Positions 41,466-54,700 of a DNA stretch of 64,000 bases are shown here, piece after piece. Position 1 is the first letter of the stretch; every line of letters begins with the position of its first letter. Both the position numbers and the translations under genes were made by a program. Below the pieces are notes generated by a model. That model made no database searches. It worked only from the letters and a program-made list of their open reading frames with translations, and was not told the origin of the DNA. The stretch is from Adineta vaga (Eukaryota > Animalia > Rotifera), in NCBI GenBank assembly GCA_021613535.1, contig CP075493.1:7750001-7814000 (forward strand). The letters are read 5' to 3'.

Positions 41466-42343
41466 TTAATCTTGAAGTTCTTCTTTGTCGAAGATATATT
41501 CACCAAGACCAGGACCAACACGTCGTAAATTGGTGATGTATTCACCATATTCTTTGAGTGATTTAACCTATATTAAACAAATTGATTAGAAGATTATCAT
41601 TCAACGAAAAGTTTTCTTTTACCTGTTCATCAAGAAATTCTTCTTCAAGATAATTGGAAAGATGTGGATCACTAGCAAATAGAAACAAGATAACGATAGA
41701 AATAGAAATTTAATCTATGATAATTTTACCTATGTCTGCCAGCATAAGCATGTAGTTCAAGTAATGCTTGGTAAACATCCTTTTCCAATTGTAAAGCAGT
41801 TTCATGAGCTTCAAGAGCTGAATTCCAACTTTGTTGAGTTGGTTTCTAAAGTTAAATCAACAAAGCAAGTTTATCTTAACTAGAAAAAAAATCGAACTAA
41901 CCTTGATATCCAAAAGTACAATTGTTCCACCACGTTTATTTTGATATTCCATAAATTTATTTGCATGTTCGTGTTCTTCTTCAGACATTTTCTTGAAAAA
42001 ATTATAATGTCCTAGAGAAGAAACAATCGATCGATATATATTCAACAACAATAAATTATCTAGTACCTTTTAATGCAACATCGGATCGATTGAAATGATG
42101 AGCCATAGCCATATAAGCATAGCTAGCATACAATTCTAAATTGATCTGACGATTGATCAAACCTTCGTTGTCTTCATGATAATTACTATGAAGGACAAAT
42201 TTTATTTTATAATAGCAATAGATTTTAAAAGAAAAAAAAACAACAACTTACTATCGAACGAGATTCTCGCGTGATTGGTTGGGTGCAACTGGAGCTTTTT
42301 GACGATCTGGTTGACCACCTTGTTGTTGTTGTGTTTTATCCAT
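41466..42343 (-). CDS. FTH1: Cytosolic ferritin, heavy-chain type (ferroxidase residues present)
   Basis: [73 protein letters not shown]; ~25 aa polar N-terminal extension. Confidence 0.96.
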
Positions 42344-42422
42344 ATTGATTTGATTGTATAGAATTATTTAAATGTAATAAAATGTTTCGTTTTTGGAGGG
42401 AACGATGACGTTTTAATGCACA

Positions 42423-42463
42423 CGATTTGTAACGAACAGTCACTGCTGCTGCAAAACAAATCG
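42423..42463 (-). promoter_or_regulatory. Iron-responsive element (IRE) in ferritin 5'UTR
   Basis: Minus strand reads CGATTTGT-TT-TGC-AGCAG-CAGTGA-CTGTT-C-GTT-ACAAATCG: CAGUGN loop, 5-bp upper stem, UGC/C internal loop, 8-bp perfect lower stem. Confidence 0.88.
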
Positions 42464-42466
42464 ACT

Positions 42467-42506
42467 AACTGATGGAAGAAAATGACGATGAATATCTATA
42501 TATATA
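42467..42506 (-). promoter_or_regulatory. Ferritin core promoter: TATA-like (TA)n at 42497-42506 and Inr TCAGTT at 42472-42467
   Basis: TATA-to-Inr spacing of ~30 nt, immediately 5' of the IRE. Confidence 0.6.
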
Positions 42507-43896
42507 CTTATATAATAAGAAGAGAGAGAAGAAGGGTGAAAATGAGAGAAAGAAAAAGAACGACAAGAAAAAAAAGTACAAGGGCTTTTTTTTCTTCTTC
42601 TTCGTCGAGTACAATCTGAATGTATGTCTTATCGTACATCGATGTTACTAGAAGAAAAGAGAAAGAAAGAAAAATGAATGCCCCAGTACGACTACCTATC
42701 TATTCTGCCCATTTGATAAAAAGAACATAGAATAAAGGAAAAAAATAGAGAAGGACATCGAGTAATGTATAGATTAATATAGACATTATTATTGGAAAAA
42801 GAAGAAAGAACGGAATAAAAATTCAAAGAAAACTAGTATAATATTGAAATAAAGATATTGAAAAGTAGACCACGTCATATGTTCTTTCTCTCACACACAA
42901 GGATAATTTAAGAGAAAGAGGGCGCACTATCATTCGTTGACTTAGAATAGCCTCAATGTACTTGTTTTTGAAAAAAAGTGCCATCTTATCCCCTTATTCA
43001 CTCCAATTTACTGTTATTCTTTAAAAGTGAATCTTCATGAAATGCTATTTCATTCCAAACTGATAATATCAGATTGTTATAGGTCAACAGATATGCATAA
43101 AGTTCAAAAATTCGATTAAATGCATCACTATCGTTATGGAGATGAAAGATATGTATGGGAAGATAATCATATTTTTAAAAAGCTGATCAACTAACTGTCA
43201 ACAATGACAAGGCAAAAAGCGCAATGTTCGCACTTTCATATTATTTTTGGACATCGATTCATATATCGAAAGAAATATAAGGGTGTACACTTGAAAATAT
43301 TAATATAAAAAAAGATGATTCATCGATCGGTACATTGAGGGTGACATATGAATTCGTTGTAGTTAAAGATATTTTGTCACGCACTTCATCAGTTTAAATT
43401 GCTTTGAATGATTAAGCAGTACTTTTATAGATTTTTACAAACTTGTTTTTGTTAGATATTGTCTCTTAAACGTGTAACTCATAATGAAAATTTTGTTCGA
43501 TCACGAACATATTTCTGCTTTAGAGATCTTCTATACTTGATAATCATGAATATCTCATCATTTACTATAAAACCAAAACTATCGAGAAGATACTGTTCGA
43601 AGAGCGTTACTGCTTGCTGAGAAACTTTCTACATGTTAAACATAATTTTTGTTTGATACATATTTTTGTTATCTTTTATAAGAATATGTTCTACATTTTT
43701 TCTTCCACATGTAATATGTTACATCTTATTTTTTTTTGTTTTAAAGAAGACAAAAAATACAGTTATCGTTATAAGAAGAAAAGAATGAATAATATAATAA
43801 AAAGAAAAAGAAAATCCACACACGCACACACGTATGAAAAAAAAAGAGGAAAGATTTATCTGCAGAATGTTCATCTATAATGCAGATAAATGATTG

Positions 43897-44910
43897 TTAT
43901 CGTCGTATAAAAACCACAGTTATAAGCCCTAAAGAAATCAAAAAATTTCAGAATAAACATAAGAAAAATCGTTCTTACCAAGTATATAGCTAGCAATTAC
44001 TTTCGAATTTGTTGTCATATGTAGATAAGATGGGAGACGTGTATTTAAAGTATTTGCATCATCAGGTATAGTTGGTGCTACGAGAATAAATGCACAGATA
44101 GCGCCGATTATGGTTAGAACAAAAAAAAACAATGGATCTCCTGAAAAAAAAACATAATCAGTCTCAAGATGATTCTTTTTTTGTTCAAATGAAATATAAT
44201 TTACGTGTTTCTTGTTGCGTAGGAATGGTTGAATTTGTTGTTGATACTGTAGTATTCATTCGATTACGATTGGATACACTAGTTAAACCTGGTTCTTCAT
44301 CAAAATTTTGTTCTGATGGTTTATAAGATAGAATTGAACACGTCACATCTCGTTTACCTTAAAAAGATAAATACGAATGATTTTAAATTTAAAAATTGAC
44401 TTTCTACCAATAAGATCTTGGGCTTTTCGACGATCAAAAAATTGTATACGAATTTTATGTACAACATTCTGATTTGTAGATGATGATGATGTATCAAGAA
44501 GGCGTATAATTCTAATAGAATATATTCAAATAGGTTAAGATAAATACACTTATGATCTTCTTACGTATCTACAGAGTGTTGTGCACGAATTTCGCCTTGT
44601 GGTTCGGCGATTGAATATTTTCTTGGAGCAGTGCACAACACTAAAAAGAAAACATTTGTGCATAATTATATTGAAATAGAAAACAATTTTTTTCTACCTT
44701 TGTAACGGACGGCGAATTCATATGGATTGTAAAGCGTCAATACCTGGGAGAAGGTACTGGGATCATCTGTAATGGAATAAAAATGATGCAATGTAGTAGA
44801 TAAGAAGATATATGTTTTTTTCTCTTACCCAGATAGAATAGAAGTGAATTGGATGAACAATAGAAAGGTAATTGAGAAGCATTATTGGTCAAATGTGTTG
44901 GTAAGGACAT
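43897..44910 (-). CDS. MOSPD1: Motile sperm domain-containing protein (MOSPD1/3-like)
   Basis: [34 protein letters not shown] (MSP domain); two C-terminal TM helices ending IASYILGLITVVFIRR. Confidence 0.9.
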
Positions 44911-46221
44911 AAATACATCTGTAATATACGAAAATGAAAAAAAAAAGAAACAGATTGAAAGCAGTTAACAAATATACACACGAGGTGTATGTCAGTCAAT
45001 GAGTCATAAGAAGCAGCTGACGATTACATTACAGAGAAAAAAAACAAAGACTATTCGTAGATTAATTCTTGCGAAATACAATAATGAATAGAAATGTATA
45101 TGATGGTATGGTATGGTATAAGAAAAATAAACAATGAACTTCTTGATTCAATGTGTATGTTGAAATCTTCAAGATCATTGGTAAACTCAACTAATCATGA
45201 AGATTAACAACAGCGCCATCTGTGATCACATGTCGCTCATGAAAAATTTGAAGACTAAATGATAATTGAAAAAGGTAGAAAACGTTAGAATACACTCTAC
45301 AACTTATAGTCAACCGAGAGAACTTTATTAATACAAAATAATGCAATCGATTTTTTGCGATTAAAACTATATATTAGCAATTTTAGTAGGTGTGATTTTA
45401 TACTACTTTTATTTGGATATTGGAAAAGAATGAATGTACACAATGAAAGTCTTTCTAATATTAATTCGACTTTTGAATTAAAACAGAGTTAGATGAATGA
45501 GAGCGTGCGAAGAGAGAACTACAACGATTATCTGTTTGAAAACTCAATTTTTAAATTCAGTATAAGATTTCAATGCAATTCAAACGATTATAGGTACCAG
45601 TATTTCATTTGAAAATTAATTTGATTTATATAAATGGTACATGTATCGAAATGTTAGTGTTATTGATTGATTAAAGAATACGAATCAATAGAACCAGTCA
45701 ATATCTATACAAGAAGAAAATTCGTTTAAAAAGTAAAGCAGCATTCATTGAATAGTTCAAACTATCCTAAACTAATATACATACTTGAAAAAGTTGCCGA
45801 AATATATACTTATCACAGTCTATTTATCGATAATTCTTTTATATTCTAGCAGCAAGTCAACGATTATCAAGATACTAACTATATATATAGGAATCAATAT
45901 TTTATTAACATGAAGGTCATTTTCAAATCTTATACAAACATGTGATTAATTGTGTCTATGAATTAGATACTACTAATTATCGTACATAAGTCATATATAG
46001 AATTATAGTATTTCATGAATCTTCAATCAAATATCTGTACACAATTCAGTCGACTATAAATGATTTTTTCGAAACTAAGTTTTAAACTAATGCCATCTGT
46101 ACTGGATTTTGGATTGGTTGGTTCATAACCATATTTGTACTCAATTTATGTTGCTTTTTTCTTCTTTTCAGATCATACAAAACCAAACTTGAGTTACTCT
46201 GTTCTTAACTTTCATTAATAA

Positions 46222-47024
46222 ATGGCTGAATTATCAAATGAGAATGCTTTGTAAATATGATACTAATAATATATTGAAGTATTATTATCTTTTCCGTTTC
46301 AGTACAAATTGGTCTTTGTCCAATCTTCAAAAGATTAATGTTCAAGAATTGTACACTCGTCAAAGACAAAGTTTACGTCCATGGTTTGAATTTTTCAATA
46401 CATCGAAATTTAAAACACCAATTAATCTTACTACAGGTCTGTAGAAATAATCTCATATATATATATATTAAATAATTCAATTCATTCTATTTAAAGCTAG
46501 TCGACGATTCTTAGCAAATATCGAACATTTTCAAACAAATTATGTCATTGTTATTATCATTTTATCAATTTATTGTGTGTAAGTAATCATCGTATATTCC
46601 TCAGAATACCAAATTTTTCATTTCTATTAGCATAACAACACCATCGTTATTATTTATTCTACTAGCAATGGCTGCCGGATGTTATTTAGTTAATATTAAA
46701 AATCGAGAAAAACAATTAGTTATTATGGGTAGGTATTATCAATGTATCTGTAATCGAAATGCATCACCTATTGTTCTATCTAGGTCGTCAAATTCCTCTT
46801 ACACAACAATACATAGCAGTCCTTTGTCTTTCTGTTCTATTATTAATTATGGTTGGAGCTGGTTCAGCTATCTTTTGGATTCTTGGTAATGTTCTTATAC
46901 AAGAAGATGTTCTCTCTATTGATTTATTTGTTTAGGTGCATCGGTATTTGTTATTGCTCTTCATGCTATTTTTCATCAAACACCGAATCAAGATGCATTT
47001 GGTTTACAAATGGAAGAAGTTTAA
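46222..47024 (+). CDS. RABAC1: Prenylated Rab acceptor 1 (PRA1)
   Basis: SLRPWFEFFNTSKFKTP, NIEHFQTNY, GAGSAIFWILGASVFVIALHAIF, C-terminal LQMEEV. Confidence 0.93.
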
Positions 47025-47211
47025 AATCTAATATATGATAATCATTTTGAACAAATTTGTGATATTCAATCTGCACTCGATCTGAAAAGATGTCTTTGTT
47101 TTTCTTGCACATAGAAACATTTTATTGTTCCTTTTTCTTTTCTTTCTTTATTTGTGATGGGAAATATACTCAATATAGAATATCTCGATATTTATCCTAT
47201 TTATGTTCTAG

Positions 47212-49414
47212 ATGGCACCTTCATCGGATTATATCATTGAAGTTCGTATTGATGTTTTGAAAACATTAAAAATTGCCGGTTTAGCAACTGGAATCTTAAC
47301 AGCAATTGGTCTTGGCGCATATTATATTCATCAACGTACACAACGTGTTAAACGCGTTCTTTTTCGAGATGAAGTTAAACATATTCTTGAACCATTTCAA
47401 TTGACTGATGAACAACTTCGTCGTGTTATGGCTAATCTAAATACAGAAATGACCAATGGATTACGATCCAATGATGAAGAAGGGAAAAATGATTTAGCAA
47501 TGTTTCCAACGTATGTTCATCATGGACCGAGTGGACAAGAATTAGGAGAATATTTGGTAGTTGATTTAGGTGGTTCAAATTTTCGTGTATCATACGTGAA
47601 TATTGAAGGACGCAATCGTATACGTTTAAACAACAAAATCTTTCTTATTCCACATTCACTTTTATTGGGTGAAGGAGAAAAATTATTTGATTATATCGCC
47701 GAATGTTTACAACGATTTATTGATGATAATAAATTAACTTTACATAAATCGGCTGATTATAAATTTGATTTAGGTAAATATCATATCAATTCAATGATCA
47801 GAAATCCTAAAGAAATGTTCTATTTTTTATCTGTTCGATATATATATATGTCACGTTCTTTATCCATTCTTTAGTGCTAATCTTTGGTATATTATCGCTT
47901 TTCTCTTGAGTTGAGTATTTCCTTATCGACATTTTCTCGAGAGAAAAAAAATGTGTTTTATCTATCATGAAACTAACTCTTGATTTGTGATTCTTGTTTT
48001 CAGCTTTTACATTCAGTTTTCCATGCAATCAAACAAGTTTACGCCAAGCAAAATTAGTATCATGGACAAAAGGTTTTAGTTGTACGGGTGTTGTTGATAA
48101 TGATGTAGTACTTTTATTACAACAAGCCATTGATCGACATAAAGTAAATAGATACATAAACATTGATTTTGTTTATATAATAAAATAAATTTTAGGATTT
48201 AAAAATACAAGTTGTAGCTTTGGTTAATGATACTGTTGGTACATTAATGGCGTGTAGTTCAATATATCGTGATTGTAAAGCTGGTGTTATTCTTGGCACA
48301 GGTAAATAATAGAATATAAACAAAAAATTTTTCAATAAAGTAATTATTTAGGATATAATGCATGTTATTTTGAAAATCTTGATAATGTACCTAAATGGAA
48401 AGGAGTACGAGATCAAACAACGAAACAAGTTGTTATCAATACTGAATGGGGCGCTCTTGGCAAAGTATGTACTACATTTGAATTAAGAAAACGAAAGTAA
48501 CAAAGATTTGAATTTAGCATGGTTGTTTGGATTTTATTCGAACTAGTGTTGATCGAGAACTTGATGAATCAAGTTTAACACCTAATCAACAAGTTTTTGA
48601 AAAGATGATTTCAGGTAAGAATACAAAAGATATCGTGATTATATGCGAATAATTTGTATTTTTTTTGAAGCACTTTATGTTGGAGAGATTGTTCGTTTGA
48701 TAATTGTTGATTTGGTTCAACGTTCAATTCTTTTTCCCGGTCGTATGCAGAAATCACCAAGTCTTCGATCAGATTATAATATTTTTCTTATTTTACGAGG
48801 TAAATCTAATTTAAAAAAAAAGATTTCAACTACATTGCTATTATTCATCTATAGGCAGTTTTTATGCAAAACATGTGGCTGATATCGAATCCGATAATAG
48901 TAAGTTTCGATGAACAAATTGTTTATTTATTTGTAATTGTTTCTTATAGCGGAAGATTTATCAATAACTTCATCAATTCTCACTTCTATTGGTATTCATG
49001 AACCATCGTATGATGATTGTTATATCATTCAAGAAGTATGCAAAACTGTATCACTTCGAGCAGCTAAATTAGCTGCCGCAGGTAAGATAATCTTATTGAA
49101 AGGAATTTTTCATAAATATAAATCATTTTTTTTAGCTATTGCTGTGTTGATCAATCGTCTTAATCAATCTTCGGTGACAGTTGGTATTGATGGAACATTA
49201 TTTCGTCATCATGAAAAATTTAAAAAGAATCTGGCACGTACTTTATCTCGACTCGTACCACGAACTGTAAGTTTAGACTGAATTTAACAATAAGAATATG
49301 TTCTCATCTATTATTTGTTTGTAGCATCGTTTGGTTCTTTCTGAAGATGGTTCATCGAAAGGTTCTGCGCTAGTTGCTGCTGTTGATCGACGTATGAAAG
49401 AAACAACTGCCTAA
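47212..49414 (+). CDS. Single-domain hexokinase with N-terminal hydrophobic anchor
   Basis: [73 protein letters not shown]. Confidence 0.95.
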
Positions 49415-49672
49415 CCAAAACTTATTTATGCTCATTTTTTCCTTCTTTTTCTGTTCTTATTTTGCATGAGTTTTCTCAGTATCTAGATCGTGATTTTAGT
49501 TTCGTTCCTAGTCATTTTAGTGTCTGACTATTTAGACTATTTTTCTCCTTGAAACTCTTCAAATAATTAATTTATGTGTGTTTTATCGTTTCGATAGTTA
49601 ACTAGATATTTTTCATCTGAACACTATACATACATATCTATATTCACTCCTATTTTTCAGATATATGATACA

Positions 49673-50128
49673 ATGGATGGTCTTTATTTGCCCGATGGGC
49701 GTCAGCTCGCATTAATTGATCGTGATTGGATTTTAGACGAATTACCACATTTAGGTAATCCAGACGATAATTCCGACGCTAATTATTTACTTGCGTCAGC
49801 AGCAGCAGCAACTAGTGGTGCAAGTGTTGCAACAGGTGGATCAGCTGGTCGTGGTGCAACTGGTATTGGATCTAGTAGTGGTACATCAACACACGGTGTA
49901 TCGAATCATACAGCTGGTGGATCAGGTGGTGCAGACGGAACAGGCGGTCATTCTCACGGTACAGGCGCTAATCATAATCATAGTCTATTGTATAATCCAG
50001 ACGAATTTGAAGGTGATTTAACATTATTATCCGAAATTGTTGACGAAACACAAAATAAGTGGTCAGATTTTGGTTTAAATCAATTACTCACACCATACGC
50101 TCGTTCCATTCGACCAACATTTAAATAA
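49673..50128 (+). CDS. ANAPC13: Anaphase-promoting complex subunit 13-like, with Gly/Ser/His-rich insertion (single exon)
   Basis: N-terminal DGRQLALIDRDWILDELP and C-terminal DETQNKWSDFGL correspond to APC13 motifs DGR.L.LID..W..D.LP and E.E.KW.DL.L. Confidence 0.75.
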   Translation: MDGLYLPDGRQLALIDRDWILDELPHLGNPDDNSDANYLLASAAAATSGASVATGGSAGRGATGIGSSSGTSTHGVSNHTAGGSGGADGTGGHSHGTGANHNHSLLYNPDEFEGDLTLLSEIVDETQNKWSDFGLNQLLTPYARSIRPTFK

Positions 50129-50182
50129 CCAAATATCAATTTCTTTTATTCTATTACATATTCACTATTAGCTTTAAAAACA

Positions 50183-51598
50183 ATGTCATCTCTTAATCTC
50201 TATTTTCTTCGTCTTAAACGATATTTTCTTCGCTATAGTCTTTCGTGTGGTCGACGCACAAAATTGAAAAGTCTTCTAAAAATCTTCTCAATTATTATCA
50301 TTGCCTTTCTTTTCATGACTTTAATTAATGGTATTCTTTTCTCAAGTGTTCTATTTCTGCATGAAGATAACAATGAACCCGATTATGATTTCGATACACG
50401 TCCATATTATCGAACAATTGAAATGAAAAAACGTTTTGATTCATCAGGAAATTATATCATTATACAAAATTTCGTGCAATATCAATCGAATTTAACAAAA
50501 AATGCCGGATTATTAGCTTTAAATTTACATGCAAGTATTGATAAACTTCATTTCTTATTACAACATGTTAAGGCTTGGGATGGACCAATATCATTAAGTT
50601 TATATGTAAAAGGTTCTCGTGGTAGTGATGGTATTGATTATGCATCAATGTGGCTTCGATGTAATCGAAAATCATTCAAAGTACTCAATGTTCATTTGGT
50701 AATTTCAGCTGCAGCTTATAAAAGTGAGTGAAAAAAGAAAAAAATGATTTCAAAATATTGTGTCACTTTCAATTTAGGTTCTATATCCAATCAACATCAT
50801 TCTCATAGTGTCAAATATACTGTTAGTTGTCAACAATTAACTTATATCGATCATACAGATGAAAAAGATTCCACTCCATATCCATCCAATCTACTTCGAA
50901 ATATTGCTCGTCTTGGTAATACTCATCCTACAATTCAATACATTCTAACTCTCGATATTGATATTTATCCATCACCTGATCTATTTCATCATCTCATTTC
51001 GTTCTATACGAAAACATCGAATACCAAGGAAAATTTCGATCGTACACTTTATGTTATTCCTGTCTTTGAAATTCATACTGATACAATAAAACGTTCGATT
51101 CCTTTACCACAAAATAAACATGAACTAATTCTTCTATGGAATGATAAACAAATTCAACCGTATCAAAATGATGTTTGTCCATCATGTCAATTGTTAACAA
51201 ATTATCAAGCCTGGAAACAAGAACAACCAAATGATGCTATTATTCCAATATTTCGTCCACATTATTCTCAACCATGGAAACCTTTTTTTATTGGACCAAA
51301 AACTATGCCAATGTTTGATCCACGTTTTAAAACTCATGCACACGCACGAATAAGTCAAGTAATACATTTGTTTTCTTTACAAGGATTTTAATTTCATGTC
51401 ATTTAGTGTTGTGAAAGTTTCATAACTGGTTATGATTATGCTGTGATGAACAATGTATATCTGTATCGAATCGGTTTTCTCGAGAAATCTGAATTACCAA
51501 ACACAAAATTAATCGAAGATGATACATCACTATTACTTTTTCAACAATTTCAAGAAGATTTATTGAAAAGTTATTCGAATGCGACAAGAAAATGTTAA
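50183..51598 (+). CDS. B4GAT1: Beta-1,4-glucuronyltransferase 1-like (GT49), type II membrane protein
   Basis: N-terminal TM, WDGPISLSLY, YPSNLLRNIAR, DID motif, YVIPVFE, PW.PFF, FDPRF, RISQ-CCE; ends SNATRKC. Confidence 0.88.
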
Positions 51599-51732
51599 TT
51601 TCTTTTTTTTTCTCTCTCAAAGTCTAACGTATTCTATAGATATTTTTATTTTATTTGTGCATATAAATACATCTCTGCTTGTTAGAAAAGAAAGGCAATG
51701 TTAAAGAAAAATAAATTCTATTATTTGTAGAT

Positions 51733-54700
51733 ATGGAGAGAACACATACACTTTCATCTTTACATACAGATAGTGGAAGTGATTATGTCATTTATACTCG
51801 ATCCATATCATGGAAAGATCGTCTTCGAAATTTTTTTGGTGTACCCAAACCCATAGACGGAGAAAATACGGATAATGAACAGTGTTCTTGGTGTATGTTG
51901 AAAACGGGAGTAATAGCAAATCTTTTCGACATCTATTTTGGTTATTTTAGCTTCCAATACACTTCTATGTGCTACTATTTTCCTAGAAGATGCTGTTAAT
52001 TATCAATCAATAGTACATAAAGTAACAAATTTTTACTTGTTAGTCTATCGATGGTCATCCAGTCCATTAATTCGAAAGTAATAGACTTAATTTGAATGAT
52101 TGCATGTTAGAAAACAATACTATTAATCTGATAGTTTGCATCGTATTGCTCTAACAATTAATCTTTGTTTGGCTTTGTTTGAACAACCATCATCATTCAG
52201 TATAACATCAGATGTTCGTGATAAACCTAGTCGCATCGTTTTTCCATACTTATTACTGATGATTGTTGAGGGTTTAACACTTATCTGGTTTTTCGCTTAT
52301 ATTTGTACTAAAGTAAGATGATTAGAGAGAGTTCTTGTTCTCTTCATATATTCAAGAACAATAGATTGCTTGTCTTGGTATAAAACATGCTCGAAAACGT
52401 TTTTGGCTGATAGCTTTTCTTATTGTCACAATTTACTCTTTATTTGAATGGTTTACAATGACTACATTAATTAGTTATACGTATAAAGGTGTATGTAGAC
52501 GAATATTTATTAGTTATTCTATGATATTAATTTTGAACATTTAGACTCGGATTCGACGTATTTTCCGTCCATTATTTATGATTGAATCATCTCAATTAAT
52601 GAAAAAAGCATTAAAAGCTGTGAAAAAAGATCTACTAACTATCATAGCGTAGGTGAATATTGAATGAAACGATTTAGATTACTTTCTTGATGCATGTTTG
52701 AATAGTTGTGTTGTTATGGCACTTGCGCATATTTTATTCTTTGCTATTATGGCGATGTTTCTTTTTCCACGATCAGAAGTATTGAGTTGATGAAAAAAAG
52801 GATTTTGTTCTCAAAATTTCTCATGATTTATTTTTTTCATAGATTCGAAAAGATAGTCAAGGAAGTACTTATTTTGCCAATTTACATGATTCCGTCTTTC
52901 AGTTGCTTGTATTATATTCCACCGCTAATAATCCCGATGTGATGACACCTGGTAGGAGAATGTTTTGATCAATACAAGTTGAATTTTTTTTCATTTTTAG
53001 CTTATTCGGATAATCGATTGAATGTATTATTCTTTCTTATCTTTGTTATTATTGGTAATATGTATAGGAAGAAGATGATACATATTAAATTATGGTTTCA
53101 TTTCATATAGGTATTTATTGGATACAAAATATCATAACTGCTGTTGTTTATCGTGCTTTTCGGGGATATTTTCTAAATTCAATTATTAATTCACAATTAC
53201 GACGACGAGTAGCAGTTCAAGCATCTTTTGAAATTCTAAAAAAACGAATTACACATGGAGGTTCAACGGAAATAAGGTAATTCTTTCTTCAATACCAATA
53301 AGAAAAGTTTTCGTTTGTGATAATATTACAGAGATACGGTTCCAATTACTATTGTTCAAACGGTTATTAATGCTGTAACAATGAGTAAATGGCATACAGG
53401 TCGAATCAATCAAGTTCGCAGAACTGACTATTATCATTTTTATTTATTGAATTCTTTTTCTCTTCAGAGATTATTTGAATTAACACAGGAATATGAGGCA
53501 ATTACTTTCGAACAATATTCTTCAATCATGCAATTATTAGATTTAAATCCAAACTTAGTTGCGGTAGGATAGAATACGGTTGAAGAAGATGAATGTTTCT
53601 TCTTCTAGGATATTGAAATTGTTACATTAGGTCAAAGTTTAGCTGATCGTCTCAAAGCTGTAGGTCGTTCAAAAATTTTCGATAGTATTGGTACACTTCT
53701 TGCTTTATTAAGCGTTCTCTTTACTACAGTTAGTAAACAAAATGTTTGTTCTCGATTTCAACATTTTTCTATAGATCGAAGTTAGTCATCGTCATTTACA
53801 TTCGGAATACAAAGATTTAGTTGCTCGAAGCATTCTAATCGCATTTATGAATTTAAGTTTATTGATTTATTTCGTATTGGAAATCATTATGAAAGCATGG
53901 TCTTATGGTCCAGATAAATATTTTCGTTCTTCATCAGCAAATATACTAGAAACAGCTGTAGCTTTTACATGTTTTGTAAGTTAAAAAGTGATCTTCTCTT
54001 TCAAAAAATCAAAATAATTCTACTGTTTTATAGACACTAGAAATTATACATATGGGAATTTATGGATCACCTGTAGTTTCGGAGAAGTAAGATGAATGGA
54101 AATGCTCTGATGAAAAGATTATTTGTTTATTGTAATATAGAGATTTGGATTTAACACAAAAACAAATCCCATTTTTAACATTATGGGAAGCAAATAAAGC
54201 ATGTAATATGTTGTTTATCTATCGATTAATTCGATTTTTACCAGCATCAAAAAATATTCAAATTATTGTTGGAACAGTTATTGACGAAATACGAAATGGT
54301 GGAGCATTTTTTGGAGTTTTATTTGTAAGTGAAAACTAATGAAGATTACTTTCATTCCAAACAATATTTATTTACAGAGTTTTTATTATGCATATTCAAT
54401 TCTTGGTATGGAATTATTCGGAGGTGCTGTCGAGAATCTTTATCTACGTCAAAATCAATCAAATATAACGTAAAATTTGGAATTCAATAATATTCCTTTC
54501 ATATTTTTACTTTATTTTAGTACCTGTGGAACATATGAACAACTTGAATATTGGCCAAATGGTTTTGATGATTTTTTTGTAAGTTTATTCATTCGATCAA
54601 TCTCACGAACATCAATTTTTCTTTCTGATTTATCAGTCATCAATTATTACTCTATATAACATTATGATTGTCAATCAATGGTTTGTTTTTGTGAATGGTT

